64,000 bases of DNA. Source: Bdellovibrionota bacterium. Its GTDB lineage: Bacteria > Bdellovibrionota > UBA1018 > CAIPTA01 > JAALKR01. Location: assembly GCA_965207455.1 (NCBI GenBank), contig CBDBMJ010000001.1:192001-256000 (forward strand). Direction: 5' to 3'. Shown piece by piece: positions 62,000 through 64,000 of the stretch (its first letter is position 1; each line of letters begins with the position of its first letter). The notes below the pieces were generated by a model. It was not told the origin of the DNA. It ran no database searches and worked only from the letters and a program-made list of their open reading frames with translations. Made by a program: the position numbers and the translations under genes.

Positions 62000-62632
62000 C
62001 TATTTTTTAAATGGCATGCCCAGCTCAGAGAGTAGCTCCCTAGCCGTATTATTATCTTTTGCGGACGTAACAATAGTAATATTCATTCCATGCATTTTAT
62101 CTATCTTATCGTAGTCGATCTCTGGAAAGATAATTTGCTCCCTAATACCTAAGCAGTAGTTTCCCCTACCATCAAAGGACTTTGTACTGATTCCACTAAA
62201 ATCCCTTACCCGTGGGAGTGAAATACTAATTAATCGATCTAAAAATTCATACATTAGTTTTCTCCGTAAAGTTACTCGCGCACCAATAGGCATTCCTTCA
62301 CGCAGCTTAAAACCAGCAATGGATTTTCTAGCTTTTGTGAGCACGGATTTTTGACCCGTAATTATGGCCAATTCCCCTTGGATAGTATTCAATACCTTTG
62401 GATCTGCCACAGCCTCTTTGGTGCAAACATTTACAGTAATACTCTTTAACTTAGGCACTTCCATTATGTTATTGAGTTTTAATTTCTCCTTGAGGGCAGG
62501 GACCACTTCTTTTATATAGCGTGCCTGTAATCGGGAGAGGCGAGTTGCTTTTGGAGCATTATCTGGGGCTGGTGCGAAGTACTCTTGGTTCTTTTTTCTC
62601 TTTGGGGTTTTCTTTGGTGGTGCTTTTGCCAT
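62000..62632 (-). CDS. rplE: 50S ribosomal protein L5 with about 30-aa N-terminal extension
   Basis: [35 protein letters not shown]. Confidence 0.97.
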   Translation of the reverse strand: MAKAPPKKTPKRKKNQEYFAPAPDNAPKATRLSRLQARYIKEVVPALKEKLKLNNIMEVPKLKSITVNVCTKEAVADPKVLNTIQGELAIITGQKSVLTKARKSIAGFKLREGMPIGARVTLRRKLMYEFLDRLISISLPRVRDFSGISTKSFDGRGNYCLGIREQIIFPEIDYDKIDKMHGMNITIVTSAKDNNTARELLSELGMPFKK

Positions 62633-62633
62633 T

Positions 62634-63002
62634 TTATAAAACCTCTTGCGCTAGGGAAATAATTTTCATATAGCCACAGGCTCGTAATTCTCTGGGGATG
62701 GGACCAAAAATTCTTGTTCCTATGGGCTCTTTTGCAGCGGAGATGATTACAGCGGCGTTGTCGTCGAATCGTATAAAGCTCCCATCGGCACGTCCAATGG
62801 ATTGCTTGGTGCGAACTACAACGGCTTTCACCACGTCCCCTTTTTTCACCTTGGCTTTTGCATCGGAGATCTTTACCGCAGCCACAATAATGTCTCCCAC
62901 GAAAGCATAACGCCTTCCGGTGCCACCCAATACACGAACACATTGAATTTTTTTCGCTCCTGAATTGTCCGCTACTCCAAGATTGCTTTCCTGTTGAATC
63001 AT
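62634..63002 (-). CDS. rplN: 50S ribosomal protein L14
   Basis: MIQ...[22 protein letters not shown]. Confidence 0.98.
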   Translation of the reverse strand: MIQQESNLGVADNSGAKKIQCVRVLGGTGRRYAFVGDIIVAAVKISDAKAKVKKGDVVKAVVVRTKQSIGRADGSFIRFDDNAAVIISAAKEPIGTRIFGPIPRELRACGYMKIISLAQEVL

Positions 63003-63012
63003 CTCTATATCC

Positions 63013-63315
63013 TCAAACGTTAACGGCTTTTCTTAAAACCTTTTTTAAAGCATAGTGCTTTTGTTTACTTCGTGGCGCTTCTTCCACAATCAATACTTCG
63101 TCATTTATCTTTGCCAATGAATTTTCATCATGGGCCATTACTTTTTTCGACTTTGTTATATACTTCTTATACTTCTTGTGTAGTACGCGACGGGTGAGTT
63201 TCACCACAATGGTTTTATTCATTTTGTCGCTCACCACAATCCCCGTTTTCGTTCTGGGATTCCTTCGCTTCTCTACCTGTGTTTGGCTTGCGTTTGTTGT
63301 GTTCTCTGTGTTCAT
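63013..63315 (-). CDS. rpsQ: 30S ribosomal protein S17
   Basis: [19 protein letters not shown]. Confidence 0.97.
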   Translation of the reverse strand: MNTENTTNASQTQVEKRRNPRTKTGIVVSDKMNKTIVVKLTRRVLHKKYKKYITKSKKVMAHDENSLAKINDEVLIVEEAPRSKQKHYALKKVLRKAVNV

Positions 63316-63339
63316 AAAATTCTCTCCGTTTTGTTAAAG

Positions 63340-63567
63340 CTATTTTACCGTCTCTTTTACTTCTTTAGTTTGTTGCTGAAGAGCTGTCTGCACCCTTGCC
63401 ATTTCTTTTCTAGCCAGAGCCATTAGAGCAGTGCTGGCCAATTGCCCCGTTTTCCATTGCATTCGTAATTGAAAAAGATGATCCTTGAGCTCCTTTGCTT
63501 TTGCTGTGAGCTCTGCCACATTCAATCGCTTCACTTCTTGTTTAGATTTTGATCGTTTATGTGCCAT
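63340..63567 (-). CDS. rpmC: 50S ribosomal protein L29
   Basis: LFQLRMQ..TGQL...RKEMARV.T; lies between rplP and rpsQ. Confidence 0.93.
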   Translation of the reverse strand: MAHKRSKSKQEVKRLNVAELTAKAKELKDHLFQLRMQWKTGQLASTALMALARKEMARVQTALQQQTKEVKETVK

Positions 63568-63570
63568 CTT

Positions 63571-63987
63571 CTATACCTTACTTTCTCGTATAATTACTTT
63601 TGCCTTCACCGGCAATTTGTGTCGAGCCAAGCGAAGCGCTTCCACAGCTATCTTTTCTGGCAAGCCTTCCATTTCATATAAAATCCTACCCGGCTTAACC
63701 AGGGCCACCCATTGATCCACGCCACCTTTTCCTTTACCCATGCGCACTTCTGCGGGTTTTTTAGTAAGGGGCTTGTCTGGAAAAATCCGAATCCAGCTCT
63801 TTCCACCTCGCTTGGTGAAACGGGTCATGGCAATTCGAGCGGCTTCAATTTGTCTTGCAGTAATATAACCACACTCCATAGCCTGTAGACCGTAGTCTCC
63901 ATATTGCAAAAAGCAACCTCGGGTGATCTTACCCTTCATGCGTCCTTTTTGTACCTTTCGCCATTTTACTTTTTTTGGTGCTAACAC
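63571..63987 (-). CDS. rplP: 50S ribosomal protein L16
   Basis: [23 protein letters not shown]. Confidence 0.98.
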   Translation of the reverse strand: MLAPKKVKWRKVQKGRMKGKITRGCFLQYGDYGLQAMECGYITARQIEAARIAMTRFTKRGGKSWIRIFPDKPLTKKPAEVRMGKGKGGVDQWVALVKPGRILYEMEGLPEKIAVEALRLARHKLPVKAKVIIRESKV

Positions 63988-64000
63988 AGTCTCTTTTCCT

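Overview
Bacterial chromosomal window of roughly 40% GC by eye. The gene repertoire looks like a Bdellovibrionota/Oligoflexia-type deltaproteobacterium (inference). The housekeeping backbone is glutamine synthetase type III, two lytic transglycosylases, an acs-HD-prfB-hpt-GHMP kinase block (prfB with the canonical +1 frameshift), a dcw cluster (rsmH to ftsZ), queA, and the end of the S10, spc and alpha ribosomal operons. Interspersed are AT-rich accessory patches encoding orphan secreted proteins and lipoproteins with tandem repeats, homopolymer frameshifts, and shared sigma70- and sigma54-type promoters. There is also a nested IS pile-up: an IS1202-like element with a 16-bp target duplication that contains an IS3-bearing insert, plus a separate rve transposase IS. 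The best candidate for an undescribed system is at 9979-11408, where a ferritin-like di-iron enzyme sits between two paralogous 90-aa secreted peptides with a near-identical leader and a C-terminal CxCWxG motif (RiPP-like). Other oddities are a MurD lacking several catalytic residues, a murB that must start at a non-NUG codon, no rplX in the spc operon, a GIY-YIG-like gene in the mraZ slot, and an RpoA with a roughly 120-aa repeat tail. No rRNA, tRNA or CRISPR array was recognised. All calls are from motif recognition by eye; no database searches were run.
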